Shown: piece by piece, positions 49,572 to 63,996 of the stretch
Layout of the letters: each line of letters starts with the position of its first letter
Numbering within the stretch: position 1 is the first letter of the stretch
Assembly (NCBI RefSeq): GCF_009914755.1
Contig: NC_060934.1
Source: the human T2T-CHM13v2.0 reference genome, Homo sapiens
DNA length: 64,000 nt
Reading direction: 5' to 3' (one strand)
Program-made: the position numbers and the translations under genes
Notes under the pieces: generated by a model
Databases searched by the model: none
The model's input: only the letters and a program-made list of their open reading frames with translations
What the model was told of the DNA's origin: nothing

Positions 49572-52500
49572 TCAGGGGCTTACCATGACATGTTTGTGCC
49601 ATTCAGAAGAACGGAATTGTTTTCTACCCATTTGAACCCAGTCGGGGCGTGGTGTCAGTTCAGACCAAGACCCCATTGGGTGTCGGGTCGCATAGGGGGT
49701 CTGATTATGGAGTCTTTCGGTGGGATCAAGCAGGAGGCCCTGCTTGCAGCTCCCAGCCAGCTGCCCCGTAAAGCCTTAAGTCCCTGGCCCAAGAAGCCGC
49801 AGGGCTTAGAAAATGCGGAGCGGCTGCAATCCACGGGCCCATCCTCCACTCTGCACAAGAGATCTCTGCCAGCCCCAGCACTGGGGCTATTCTGTCCCCA
49901 CCAAAAGCAAGGAGATCTGGCAAGCTGCATTTTTCTTTATTTGACATTTGCACCCTGCCTTCTTGCAGAAGATAAACGAGGTGGGGACAGTCAGGGGCGC
50001 AGAGAAGGGATGGGAGTGGGAAGCCCTGAGCATTGTTTGGTAGGGGTTTTCTGTTGGGTTGTCCAGTTGCCCTGGGTCACACAGAGTGCCTGGGGAACCG
50101 GCAGGTAGGTGGGAGCCAGGTGGCTGAAAACCCCTCTTCTGGAGGTTAAAGCAGTTTGCGTCCTGGAACCATAGGAGGTGGCAGGGAATTAGGGATCCTG
50201 ATAAGGAGTGTGGGGCAGATCCCAAAACCACCTCTGTCCTCTAGCATTCGGTTATTTTTAACTATTTCTAGGCTGCACTGAAGTGATGTCTCATTCTTGG
50301 TGCCTAAGCCATTTTACACATAAATGTGCATTCTTCTCCTGGTATATCTTTGTGTGCAGACCAAATCTTTCCCATCACCTCTTTTTTACTTAACGGTTGG
50401 AATAACCAGAGAGAGGCTTTGTAGCCTCCAAGGGAGCAAACTGAGGAATCCCCCTTTTGCTTTGGCTGCTGGGCTGACCCGAGCTGGGGTGCAGAGGTGG
50501 GTGCGGCAGCGGGCAAGAAGCTGCTGCCCGAGGCGTCCCGGCTGAGGTCCACCGGGTATCCGTCGCTGCCGGTCTGCTGGCGTTAGTGAAGAACAGGCAC
50601 ATGCGTCTGGTTGCTGTTTTGTTTTATATAACAAATTGCTTAGGGTCCGCGAGGTGGAAGGCAGCCTAGAGCTGAGCTGCCCGGAGGGAGGGGCTGCGGG
50701 TAGGGGGCAGTCCGGGACCAAGGGAGGCCGGGAGAAGGGTGCGCATGCCAAACCTCCTCCTTTGCACCTCTGAGTCGGGCACAAACATGGATTTTTTTTT
50801 TTACCAGGTGGTCTCTAGCATGTCCAAAGGAAGACAAGAACGGTTTGTGCTTTTAAAAGCGCGCCTCTACTGTCTCCAAGATCTGAATGGAGTCCCCCTC
50901 CCCCTCTTTTCCTATCCCTGCTGTGAACACATCCCCTGCCAGAGTGTCCCGCTACAATCACACTCCAGCTCCTAGGCTAATCTAGATGAGTCAAAACACA
51001 ATAGTCCCCAGATAAAGCCCTCCTTCTCCTCCTAAAAGGCCAAACTGAAGCAGACGGAGGAGACTCGGCTGAGGCCAGCGCTGGGGGTTGGGGCTGTGGT
51101 TGGCCAGGGGGCTCAGGAGCTGGGTGGCTGTGAGGATGTGGGTGACCAGGCCGGGGGAGTGGAGCAGGTGACTCCGACTGGCCAGACTGAACACCGCGTG
51201 CACCCCACCTCACCCGGCAATGCTAAGGCCTGGTGGGCCAAGCCTTGAAATGGGTGAATTTCTGCCAGGCTGGAGCCTTTCCTTGGTGCAGGGGCCAGAG
51301 TCCTGGGTGCTATAGCGGTGTGGCTGAGCGGCCCCCTGGGACGGAGGAGAGGTCGGGTCTAGAAGTAGCAAGCCCCTGGCTAGGAGTCACTGATGCCACT
51401 GGGGGCAGGGTAAGATGTCCAAAGCCCGGGAGACCCAGGGACGCCGGCTGGGCTGCCTCCACCCCTTCTTTTCCTCCCGTGGCACCCACCTGTCCCCCCA
51501 CCTGCCAAGGCCAGGAGGGAGGGAGAGAGCTGAAAAGGGCACTTTTCCTCCAGGGTGACTCCAATTCCTTTCCACTCACCCTCAAGGCGAGTTCCTTCTC
51601 TCCCACCCAACCCGGGGCTCCCCCCAACTGCCACTCGCCTCACGTGTGAGTTGTTAAACCCGAAAGCAGAAATCCCCTGCCCTCTCCCTTCCTGTCTCCC
51701 CCTTTCCGCTGCACCCCTACCTACCCAATTTTTATCTCGCTACAATCAGGGGTTTTCTCAACCGGGGAAAAGGTGGTAGTGGCGGTGGGAGGGTCAGGAT
51801 CCCTCGAAGTGGAGGCCGGGGCCGGGCTGGGGGCGGAGTGCGGGGGCGGGGGGAATCTCCCAGCGCATCTCCTCTTTTTTGACTCTCCCCACGGCTCGCG
51901 GCTCTCCTGGCCTGGGCGGGTTTCCTTCCGAGTTTTAAACGGTGATAGATGAATAAGCAAAACAAACAAACAAACAGAAAAAAAAAGAAAAAAGAAAAAG
52001 AAAAAAGAACTAAAGGAAGGAAAAGAAAAAAGGGTAAATCAAATCACATACCATCCCCAAAACGATAGCTCATTTCACGGGGAAGGTAGACTCCTGGCCC
52101 GGGGCGCGTGGGCGTGGGAGCCGCGAGGAGAGTTGCCCCTTGGACGCACCCGCCTCCATCATCTTCCCATTGCCAGTGAGTTTTAGGGTCCCTCTTTCTC
52201 TGCTTTCCCCCAAGTTCCCTGCTCTCTGGGTTTTGTTTGAAGAGAGCCAGCCTTGCTGGGCCGGGATCCTCAACCAGTATTGCCCACTGCCCGGCTGCCT
52301 TTTCTTCCCGTTTAGGTCTTGCTCCCCGCTCTCCGCATTTCAGCTCGCAAGGGAAAGAAAACGGGGGCCCGAGTGGCAGAGACAGAGATAATATGTATTT
52401 AACCTGCGCGGTCCGGGGCGCCCTGCCGCAGCGGGCTCCCCGCGGTGTGGCCCGCGCAGCCGGGGCCAGCGGCGGCGCCTGGAGCCGTGTCCCCGGCATA

Positions 52501-53324
52501 ACCCTCCCGCCCGGCAGCCGGCGAGCTGTTTATACAGCTTTACCTGTGCTATAGTCCTATCCAGTAGAAACCCTCGCGCGGCCAGGGTAACCTAATCCAG
52601 GGGCCGAGGCGGAGGAGGGGGCGGTGAGGCTGGCTGGGTTGGAGACGGAGGTGTGCGCGCTCCAATACCCGGGATCTCTCCTTTGCCCCTCCTCCCACCA
52701 TAGGGAAGGAAATACGGACATGGTTCGGGTGACAGAAATGGGGACCCGGGGCTAAGGAGGAAGGAGGCCAGTTTTCACGGCCCGGTCCTCCGGCTTCTCT
52801 CCTTTGAACAGGCGCTGGGGACCTCCGCGGCGGCCACAGCTGGACGCGCGCCGCGAAAGGCGCGGCGGTCCCGCGGGCGCCCGGCGTGGGCTAGAGAGGC
52901 CGGCCCTGGCCTGGCTCAGGTCGCCCTCGCCCCGCTTTCATCTTGCCCCAGTCGCCCTTTACAATTCCCACACCGAAGGCAAAGCAAGCAAGGAAAGAAG
53001 CCGGCGCCTCCCCAAGCGGACCCTCCCTTCCGCGCAGCCTCGGCCACTCTTCCAGAGCGCCCCGGTGCGTACTGCGGCGGGCGCAGGGAATCGAATTAAA
53101 CGCCTCTGGGCGGTTATTGTCTTTCTCTAATTGCTCCAACAATGGCCTCTATTAAAATGGAGACACCCAATTAAAGGCCCCGCCGGGCCGCTCTCGGCTG
53201 CCGGCAAAGCTCTGGCCCCCGGCCTGCGACGTGCAGACCGCGGGGCCGCGGACCCGGCTGGTGCGGGGTACTGGCGCCGGCCTCGACACCTTTGGCCTCC
53301 ACTTCCTCCCCAGACTCACAGCGA

Positions 53325-56300
53325 CAGCGGCCGCTTCACACCGTTTTTATTGACCGATCGCAGCCCAGCAAGATTGATCGAGCTGGAATGGGAAGGGACT
53401 TCTCCTCCCCCAGGCCCAGCTCGCCAGGGCCTCGGGCCGTGCTGCAGTTTCTGGCCTTTGGTGTCGCTCCCCGCCCCCCAGCCCCGCAGAATCCCGGCTT
53501 CTTTTCTGTCTGCGCGGCCGGGACCGCCCAGGCAGGCGCCGGGGCTCCGGGGCTCCGGGGGGAGGGACTCGGCGGCTCGGCTCGGCTCCGCTTCTTTCTC
53601 CTGCCTGCAAATATTTGCTGCCTCGCTGGAAATCCGACGATTTCGCGCGCGCTCTGCTTGCAAAGTCTTTAAGTAAACACGCTCAAATGACCGCCCCGGG
53701 CGGCCCGAGGCACGCTCTCTCCCCCTCCGCGGGATTAGTAACTTTAGGACTTCGACCCCGGGGCTCCGCTTTGCCTGTTACCCAGGTCGGGCAGCGCGCG
53801 GGCGCCCGGGGCCGCTTCTCCCGGCACCTCGGCCCCGCGGAGCTCGCCTGGAAGCGCCGGTTGCCTGGCTCTGGTGGGTGGCCCGGCCGCGAGCATCTCC
53901 GCGCCCTGGGTCTGTAGCCCTAGGGCTGAGCCCCAGAAAGCCGCGCCTCCTCTCTGCGCCATGGCCTCTGCTTTCTGTACCCGACTGGGTTTCCCCACTT
54001 CCACTGGGACAGGGTCTCTTCGCCCCTGGGAGGGCGGGTGGGAGGGACTTGCACGTGGGCATGTGTTTGGGGGTGTGTGTGGTAGCTTAACCCCTACCGA
54101 GCGGAGAAAGTCCGGCTCCATTTCTCACCTTTTTCCCAAGAGGACACACATACCCCGCTCAACTTGACGCCTAAAGCAGCCGCTTCCAGGCCTGGGGTTT
54201 CGGATAGGCCAAGCCGGCTGCTGCCGACCCGCACGCCGCCCCGGGCCCCGGCTCCTCTCTAGGCGGTGGCCGCGCCGTCGCCTGCTCGGCTGCGGGATGC
54301 TTGCTCCCAAGGTCCCAGGCGTCCAGGTTGATCGCCAGCCCCTTACCCTGGTGAGGGAGGCCTTGCGCCCTGCAGAAGCCCCGGGCCCTGCGGCGGCGGC
54401 GGCGGCATCCTCCTGGTCGCCTCCTCGCTTTCCTCCACCCGAGCTCCGCCGGCTGCTCCTTGGGAGGAAGGGGACTCGCTAGACCAGGCCGAGGCCCAGG
54501 TACCTGGGAGGGGGTCGCGTCAGGTCTGCGGGAAGGCGCTCAGGCTTCTCCGCAGGAGGCCAGGATCAGCTTTGTGGCGGTGGCACAGGGAGAATCAGGA
54601 CCACCTTTCCCCCTTACCCCCGGCCAGGATCCCCCTTTCCCTCCCCCGCCCGCCAAGGGAGGAGGAAGCCCGGCCTGCTCTTGCCGGCGAGGCGGGTCAG
54701 GCCGGCGCCTGGCCTGGCCCGGACCCCCGCAGCCCGGCTCTCCGCCTCAGGCCACGCGCCGCAGCCTCTCCAGCCTCGCTCCCTTCCCCCTTCCTTCCCC
54801 GTGGGTCCCGAGGCCGACCTCGGCCCTCCCTCCTCGGCATCCCCCTCCCATCCTTTTCCCTCCCCTGCTGCCCTGTGCTCCGGGCTCCGGGGCTGGGCCC
54901 GTGACGTCAAACCCAGTGTGGCGTCGGCGAGACTGGCCGGCGCGGGCCATCAAAAGAGCAACGTCCTCTCTCCCAATTACCCACTGTCAGTCCGGGAACT
55001 GGGGCGGGCCGGCTGGGAATTAAATGCTAAATACCCCCTACCGGCTGGCTCCATTACCCGGGGCATCCAGCCCCAGGCCCCCCACCCCTCTCTGCCAGCC
55101 TCAAACCACCCAGACCAAGAAGGGCCTTCGAGATCTTTTATTTTTCTAAAGGTGGGGGTTGCCCTTCTCCATCCCCGGCCAGTCCGACTTGGTGCTCGCG
55201 ATTGAATTTAAACGAATAATCCCTACTTCCCCATCCAAAATTAGCGGATAGGCGCCCTTGCACCGGAAGGCCTCCTCACCAGTCTTTTCTTTTTGTCTTT
55301 GAAATAATTCTTAGCCTCAGAAGTCAGCATTTTCAAGACCTGGCATCCGCAGCGTTTCTGACGCGGGGACTTCTCTCTTCGGCTCTGAGGTCTCCGCGCG
55401 CAGAACCCATGGCAGCTTTTGGTCTTACGCGTGGCTGTGAGCTGGGCTCACGCTGCGTGGCGCATCCACCCCTCGATTGACGCGCGGAGAAGCATTTTTC
55501 ATTTTTTCTTTCAGCTTGTATCCTTAAATCTTAATCCCGGGCTTCTTAGCAAAAATGCGTGTGCATTCGTTTCTCCTTGTTTATGGAGAGGTTTCCGGTG
55601 AATGTTAGACAGCAACTAAATAATTAAAAGGTTTAGAGAGCGCTGTGAGCAGGAGAAGATGCGGGCAGCCTGGCTGGCCCAGGAGAGACGAGTGGTCAGA
55701 GAACGAAAGGAAAATCGATGCCTCTTAACTGGGCCGCCTAATAACGGGAGACCAAGTGGGCTCAGGAGAAACGTGGCGGGGGGGGGGGGAGCTTTCTTTA
55801 AAAAATTGGGGTTCTTTCTTTCTGTCCTATATATGGAAATTCAGCCCTGATTTCAAACAAACATCAGATTTAAGAAGGTGAGGACTCCAAAGAAGATCCA
55901 AACGCGAGACCAGGAAGATTCACGTTTCCACTACTTCTTCCAATACATTTCACTAATCTTTCTACAGGGATAGTGTTTTAAAACACGACGACCCTCACAC
56001 ACCAAGGTGAAGTTGAATATTGTTGTTGTTCCTTCACCGCATGAAAGGAATCCTTCAGAACTTACTTTCAGGGACGGCTTCTTCTATCTCGAATTTTTGC
56101 ATTTGTAGGGAATTTTATGGGGTAGAGGAGCGAAGAGGGAACAATGTCTCCAATTCAAATAAAACCCCAAATTAAGCTCTCAGCCCCATCGGTGGGATAG
56201 CCTGCGGGGGAACCCACTCCCTCTCCTGGCAGCATTGCCCTGGGGGCGAGCAGAGAGTGGATTTGGAGTCTTCTTTTCCCGCCTGACCCCTGCTCGCCCG

Positions 56301-56360
56301 AGCAGCATTTTCGGGCCAGCGGCTGCAGCCACCCGGGCGCCGCTAGGGGATGCAGTGGCT
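53325..56360 (-). ncRNA. GATA3-AS1: GATA3-AS1 divergent antisense lncRNA (ends approximate; exon structure not resolved)
   Basis: Known lncRNA divergent from GATA3. Sequence support: minus-strand AATAAA (tttatt 53346-53351), minus-strand donor GTAAGT (acttac 56060-56065), and a CCAAT/GC-box promoter at ~56400-56480. Confidence 0.72.
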
Positions 56361-56399
56361 CAAAGGACCGAGCGGGCGGTGCAGGTTGGAACCCGCGGG

Positions 56400-56480
56400 G
56401 CGGACCAATCGCGGCTCGGCCACAGCCTCGCCCGCTGATTGGTCCCTCCAGGCCCCGCCCCCGCTCGCCCCGCCCCTCTC
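56400..56480. promoter_or_regulatory. Bidirectional promoter: inverted CCAAT boxes and GC boxes
   Basis: GGACCAATC 56402-56410, GATTGGTCC 56437-56445, CCCCGCCCCC ~56453. Confidence 0.7.
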
Positions 56481-57249
56481 GCTGGGGCGCCTCGGAGCCG
56501 CGTGCCCTCCGCCCCGGGGTGCCCATTGCGCAGAGCGTGGCCTGGAGACCCGCGAGCCGGGGAAGGTCGCCGTGGAGTCCCGACCAGAGGCCGGGGTTGG
56601 GGTCGGTGCAGACCGAGGGCTGGTTTCCTTGACTGTGGGAGAAACGCCGGGAGCCGGAGTAAGTAGGGCTCCGGGCGGGGCGAAAGGAAAAGTTGGGTCC
56701 CTAGAGTGAAGACCGAGTTCTTTCTGTCCGTCTACACTGAGCGTACTCGGGGAATGAGTTAGAGCCAGTCTCTTCCTCCCCTCCCCCCTTCTCATCCCTC
56801 ACTGTTGCCACTCAAGTCAAAAGCACACATTGATTACAAATATTAGGTCTGGAAAGGGCAGCTGCAACAGCTGAAGCGTGTTCACTCTGGGGGCTTGAGA
56901 GCGCAGAAGGCTCGGGAAAGAGGTGACAATGACAACAAAATTGACGCGGACGCTCCAGTCAAAGGCATCTCCCCTTTATCCGATGACTCACCCTCTTAGG
57001 AAGTCGGCCCGAGAGGCAAATCTCAAAATACCTTGACATGAAACATTTTGTTTTTCTGATCAATTTAACGCGCACGTTTCCCCACATCGATGCGCTCTCC
57101 CAAACACCCTGCATTGGATCCTAATAATGATCCATGCGTGCCTATTTTTTAAAAGTCTGAAAAAGAAAATTCTGCCCATCGAAATGAACTTCATGAATGG
57201 GGCAGGCTGGCTGCACCGGGACGGAATCGTCCACCCGACCCGAATGAAT

Positions 57250-57567
57250 TGGCAGGAGCCGCGGCCACATTTAAAGGGCCAGAGCGCGCGTTCCCTCCCG
57301 TCCGCCCCCAAGCCCCGCGGGCCTCGCCCACCCTGCCCGCCGCCCCTCCGCCGGCGGCCGCCCTCTGCGGCGCCCCTTTCCGGTCAGTGGAGGGGCGGGA
57401 GGAGGGGCGGGGGTGCGCGGGGCGGGGGGAGAAGTCCTGGAGCGGGTTTGGGTTGCAGTTTCCTTGTGCCGGGGATCCTGTCCCCTACTCGCCAGCGCCA
57501 GGCTCCTCCCCCCCGGCGCGGATGACACTAGAACCTCCTTAAGTTGCGTCGCGCCACAGCTGTCTGC
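57250..57567 (+). promoter_or_regulatory. GATA3: GATA3 proximal promoter (Sp/KLF GC boxes, G-rich tract)
   Basis: Multiple GGGGCGGG boxes at 57392-57429, immediately upstream of exon 1b. Confidence 0.8.
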
Positions 57568-57771
57568 GAACACTGAGCTGCCTGGCGCCGTCTTGATACT
57601 TTCAGAAAGAATGCATTCCCTGTAAAAAAAAAAAAAAAATACTGAGAGAGGGAGAGAGAGAGAGAAGAAGAGAGAGAGACGGAGGGAGAGCGAGACAGAG
57701 CGAGCAACGCAATCTGACCGAGCAGGTCGTACGCCGCCGCCTCCTCCTCCTCTCTGCTCTTCGCTACCCAG
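57568..57771 (+). other. GATA3: GATA3 non-coding exon 1b (5' UTR); TSS approximate
   Basis: Matches the GATA3 mRNA leader as I recall it (A-tract, GA repeats, gccgcctcctcc); donor CCCAG|gttggt at 57771/57772. Confidence 0.9.
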
Positions 57772-58166
57772 GTTGGTACTGGTGACTTTTTTTTTTTTTA
57801 AGTTTGATTTTTTGCCCCCAACCACTTGGGAGGACCTAAATCAATTTTAAAAACTCAACTCTCCTCTTTTGGAGGTTTTCTAGGGGCTGAGAGGACGGTC
57901 CCGGGACCGGTGTCCCCGAGGGAGGGACTTGCCCTCCAAGTCGTAACAGTCAGCCCTGGGACTTGCCCTCCAAGTTGCTCAGCCAGCCCCGGCTCCCGCG
58001 AGCCGGGCTGCAGGGACGTCCCCGAGAGCCCTGCGGGCTCCGCGGCCGTGTCCCCGCGCTCCCGTGCGGGTCTCGGGTGCGCTGGGCGGGCGGGCGGCGC
58101 GAGGGGAGGTTGTGCCACTCCAGCAACTCAGGGGCTCATCCAGGTCTCCCATTCTCTCCCTTGCAG

Positions 58167-58850
<684 letters not shown>

Positions 58851-60853
58851 TGAGGGCGGGGAGAGGTCAAGCGAAAGCCCCCATCTGCCGTTCCTGGTTC
58901 ATTTACAAAAAAATTGGGGCCCGGAAATGGGCGAGGAAGGCCTCTGGCTCGTCGCGAGAGTGTGTTTTGAAAGAGTCGCAGCAGGCGCCTCTCCCGGCTG
59001 GTGGCCCTGGGGCCTGGCGCTCACCTGGCGGGCGCCAGGCCGCAGCCCTCCGTCTCTGCGCGGCTGCAGGTTTTGGGGTGGGGGGTCTCGGGATGTCCCC
59101 AGGCGCGGGGTGCCCTGGCTCTGCCTCCGCGGGTCCGGGCTCTCTGGGCCCGGTAGCCGGCGCCGGACAAGCACGGCTGGAACCCGGCTCTTCCAAAAAA
59201 CCTGGCGTTCCCTGTTACCCGCTAGCTCTTTCTAGGCGGGTGGGCGGGGTGGAGGGGGCCCTCTGCCAGCGTCCCTCAATTCGCACATTTTCAGAAAGGC
59301 CCCAGAGACCTATTTATTCACACCCTTCTCCTTGACCTTTTCCCAGAGCTAGTGCCTTTGGTTTTTAGACAGGTCTCTTACCTCCTGGCTTCAGGAATGG
59401 AATTCTGATGCTGAAGGGGTTTGGGGGGGAAGACCCCTGTCTTAAGTTTGAGGGATCTGAGATTTCCCAGATTCCCGGCTGCACAGAATTTTCTTGCGTC
59501 TTTGCTTTCAAGTCGCCTCCTTGCCTGCAACTCTTGCCTTACTCTGTCTCTGGGTACTGCCCTCCATTAGCCTCCCACCTAAGATGTAGGATACACCCCC
59601 GTTTAAATAAAGGCAATTCCAGTACCACCTCTTTCCCCCTTTCACCTGGAGAAGTTCAGGAGAGTTCTGAAATGTAAAAAAAGAAGACCAGGCCTGTGTA
59701 GTTTGAGGAAAAAAGATCGAACACTTTCCAGCTCTAAGTTTGTTCCTAAAGAAGAAACAGGGGTAAAACATCGGGCAGAAAAAGTGTGGGGCTTTCTGAG
59801 TCCAGCCAGACCGAATTCTGCCCTGATTCCCCTACTCAGAGCCTGCCTTGACACGGATGACATAGCCCCTCCGGCAGCAGGCGTCCTCTACCCTGCTGTC
59901 GCCAGGTTTTAAACAATCGTTTCTGCGGATGGGGCGCCCTTTGCCCACGTTCTGTGCGGATCAGCAGTTAGGTGGAAATGCGGTAGAGGCAGACTTAATA
60001 TTATTTACTATACTACTTCCTGCATAATATGAATCTTGACCCTTGGTGTTCAGAGAACTCTCTTTCCCTCTCCACTCCCCTCCCCTTCCTCTCTCTTAAG
60101 ATTTTAGTTTCAGTATTGTTCTTAATGGTTGAATCGAATGTCAAATGCTGAGGCAGGTACTGGCTTTAAAGATCAAGAAGTGTGTGGATTTGCACTTGCT
60201 TTTTAAATGTACCCCTCAGAGTGTATGAGTTACAGCTACCTTAAGATTGTGCGTTTTAAATGAAGGCTAATCAGACTCTGTGTCTGAGTCATCTTTCATT
60301 TAAAATATACACATCAACTGGAATTTTGTGTCTTAGGGGCTCAGGTGAAAATTCACCCATGGCACTGGTGGGATCATAGCTTTATTGAGGGTGCATGGGG
60401 CTTACGTTATCTCCTTCTCCTTTAGGATTTGGGAGGGTGAGAAAAGCAGAGAAAATGGCCATCCCAGGGTCCAGCCTTGGGAACTTTCTCCAACAGCCCG
60501 AGCAATGAAAACGTCCCTGCAAATCCCATTTTAGGCCTTTTGCGGGCAGCCTGGCCGTTTCTGAGCAAGCACTGGGTTAGGTTTCCGGAAACTAACCCTG
60601 AAAGTCTCCTGACTTCTGTCCCAAGGCCTCTCCTTCCTGTATTTGGTGCTGGGAGCTGGGCCTGACTCCAGGGTCGTTTTCTGGTGTGGAGCAGTTGTGT
60701 GGCCGGGCTCCATCCTTCAGGCCTCCTCACTCACAGCCGGCTCTCTTATCAGGCTGGCTGGGATTAAGTCCGAGTCAGGGAACTCAGGGCCATTGAAGGA
60801 AACCCATAAATCAAGTCAGGTTCTAGAGAGAGACCTTGGGGAATGTGATTTAG

Positions 60854-61936
<1,083 letters not shown>

Positions 61937-63946
61937 TAAAACCCCCCAATGAGCTGGGATAGGAAAAAAGACAAACAAAAACAAAGTCATGCCCTCTTCT
62001 GCCTGTCGCAGGACTTCTGGATTGGGCTGGTAACCTTTAGTCAGTTTCCAAGACCAAATGGAAGGCCGAGGGAATAATTCTTGAGTGTTTCATGCTAAAA
62101 CGAAACCTCCTCAAGCCTAAACAAACACAGGTCCCTCTATGACCCCTTTGGCCTCTGTCATTCTGACTGTTCCTCTCGCTCAGCTCAAAGGGGACCACGC
62201 AGTGAGGACAGTCCTTTATTAGACGTGTAGACACAAAGTGTGTGTGCATGAGCCTGGCCAAAGCTGCACGCATATTCTCTGCGTGGAAAAGGGGGCTCTC
62301 AGCTGAACTGGGAGAAAGCGGTGGCTTTGCATTGGGGAAGCAGAGTTGAATGAAAATCAAATGTCGCCTGGCCCAGTTAGTTACCTGCAGCGTCTCCTAG
62401 AGCTCTCAGTGCAGTCAGGGGCAGGAAACCGTATTAGGACATATTGCTTGGCTGAGCTGCAGCCAGAGGAGGTAGAAAGGAACGGAAAAGTGCTCCAGGT
62501 GTGTATCTCAGCTTCCTGTGCTCTGTTCCTTTCCAAAATGCAAACGCTGCCTAGCAGCACGCTGCATTTTTATTCAGTTGGTGTCATTACTTGCATGAAG
62601 AAAAACCCCACACAAAATACTTTGGCTTTAAAAATAAATCGATCTATCACCAATTCCATTTCTAAACAAAGTAATTGAGTCAAAAGAGAGCTAGGGATTC
62701 TCTGATATTGATTTAACTGTATTATTAGACAGGGTTTGGTGAAGATTTTGATGTCTCCTTAGGCGTGTCCATTTCAGAGTGGGCATCTCTTCTCTGATCG
62801 GCTCCAGGTATCTTGCCTCCGCTGTCTCTCTACAGATCCTATACAGAAAGCAATCGTGAAAATCACTTGTCTTTTAGGGATGAGATGAGCAGCCTTGAAA
62901 CCGAGCTCCCAAAGCTCCGGTTTGAAAAACTTCAGAGGGAGTACTCTGGGAGCCCAGTGACCATGAGATCAGTTTTCAGGGTTTTTTTCCAGGGTGACAT
63001 TCACTCCGACTGCCTGAGCAGGACTGTCTCTATTTAGTTGATATGTTTTAGCTAATCCAATTATTTTCAGACTGCTGCACGCGACAGTTGCATTGTTTAT
63101 CCTGAGCCAGGAACTTTAATAGAGTCCGGATGCGGTTAGGCTGACAGAAGAACCCAGACCTGCATGTTCAGTACATGAAAGTAGGCAGGAGGGAGAGGGA
63201 GGCAGGCTAGCTGGTGGAGTCAAAAAGAAAGCAAGAGGCCGGGAGAGCTGGAGGCACAAAGTGGCCACGGTGCCTGGCAGGGGCTGGGCTTGGGGGTGGA
63301 GGGAAGGATTAAGAAGTGGGGTGCAGCTTGACTCAGAAACACAGGCTGGGGAGCTGAATCGAAAGAGAGCAGACCTATGCATTTTGAGGTTGTGATGGGA
63401 TTTCTTTTCTTTTTCTTTTTTTTTTTAAAGTTCTCTTTTCTGGTAAGGCTATGAGGTTGGGGAGAGCTCGTGGTATCTGAGGCCGGCGTAGTGGTTTGTG
63501 CGGGGGGAGGGGACAGAGTGACTTTTCCAAGATACTCTGGTTTCTTTACCCTCATTTCCGTGTTTGATTTCTCCCCCTCTTGTGCACACTTTCTGCCTTA
63601 AGTTTAGTCTTTTCTTTCCTCTCATTTCTTTCCATAAGACTCTGAACATGGAGGGGAGAAAGAGAGGGCCGTGGTTTCCCTAAGCCAGAGCTAGGAATAC
63701 CGATACACCGATTTTGGTTTTTTTGGCGAGGAGGAGAGGAGGCCATTTCAATTTGGCCTTTTTACTTCCTCCTTCTTAATTCCTTTCTCACAGTCGTGAA
63801 AACCAAGAACAGCACACCTGGCAGGGGCGGCGAGCGAGCTGGGACTTTTGGGAGTGTGGAGGGGAAGTTTCGAGAAGCCCCTCCTTTTGCAGGGGGTGGA
63901 GGTGGTGGGAATTCTTCAGGAGGGGATTCTCTTGGTTTTAGTGGTT

Positions 63947-63947
<1 letters not shown>

Positions 63948-63989
<42 letters not shown>
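63948..63989. repeat. (CT)n microsatellite in GATA3 intron 3
   Basis: Direct read. Confidence 0.95.

Positions 63990-63996
<7 letters not shown>

Noticed and set aside
49125-50108. 327-aa plus-strand ORF
   Set aside because: Non-ATG start, runs through a (GT)21 repeat (CVCVCV), no recognisable homology.
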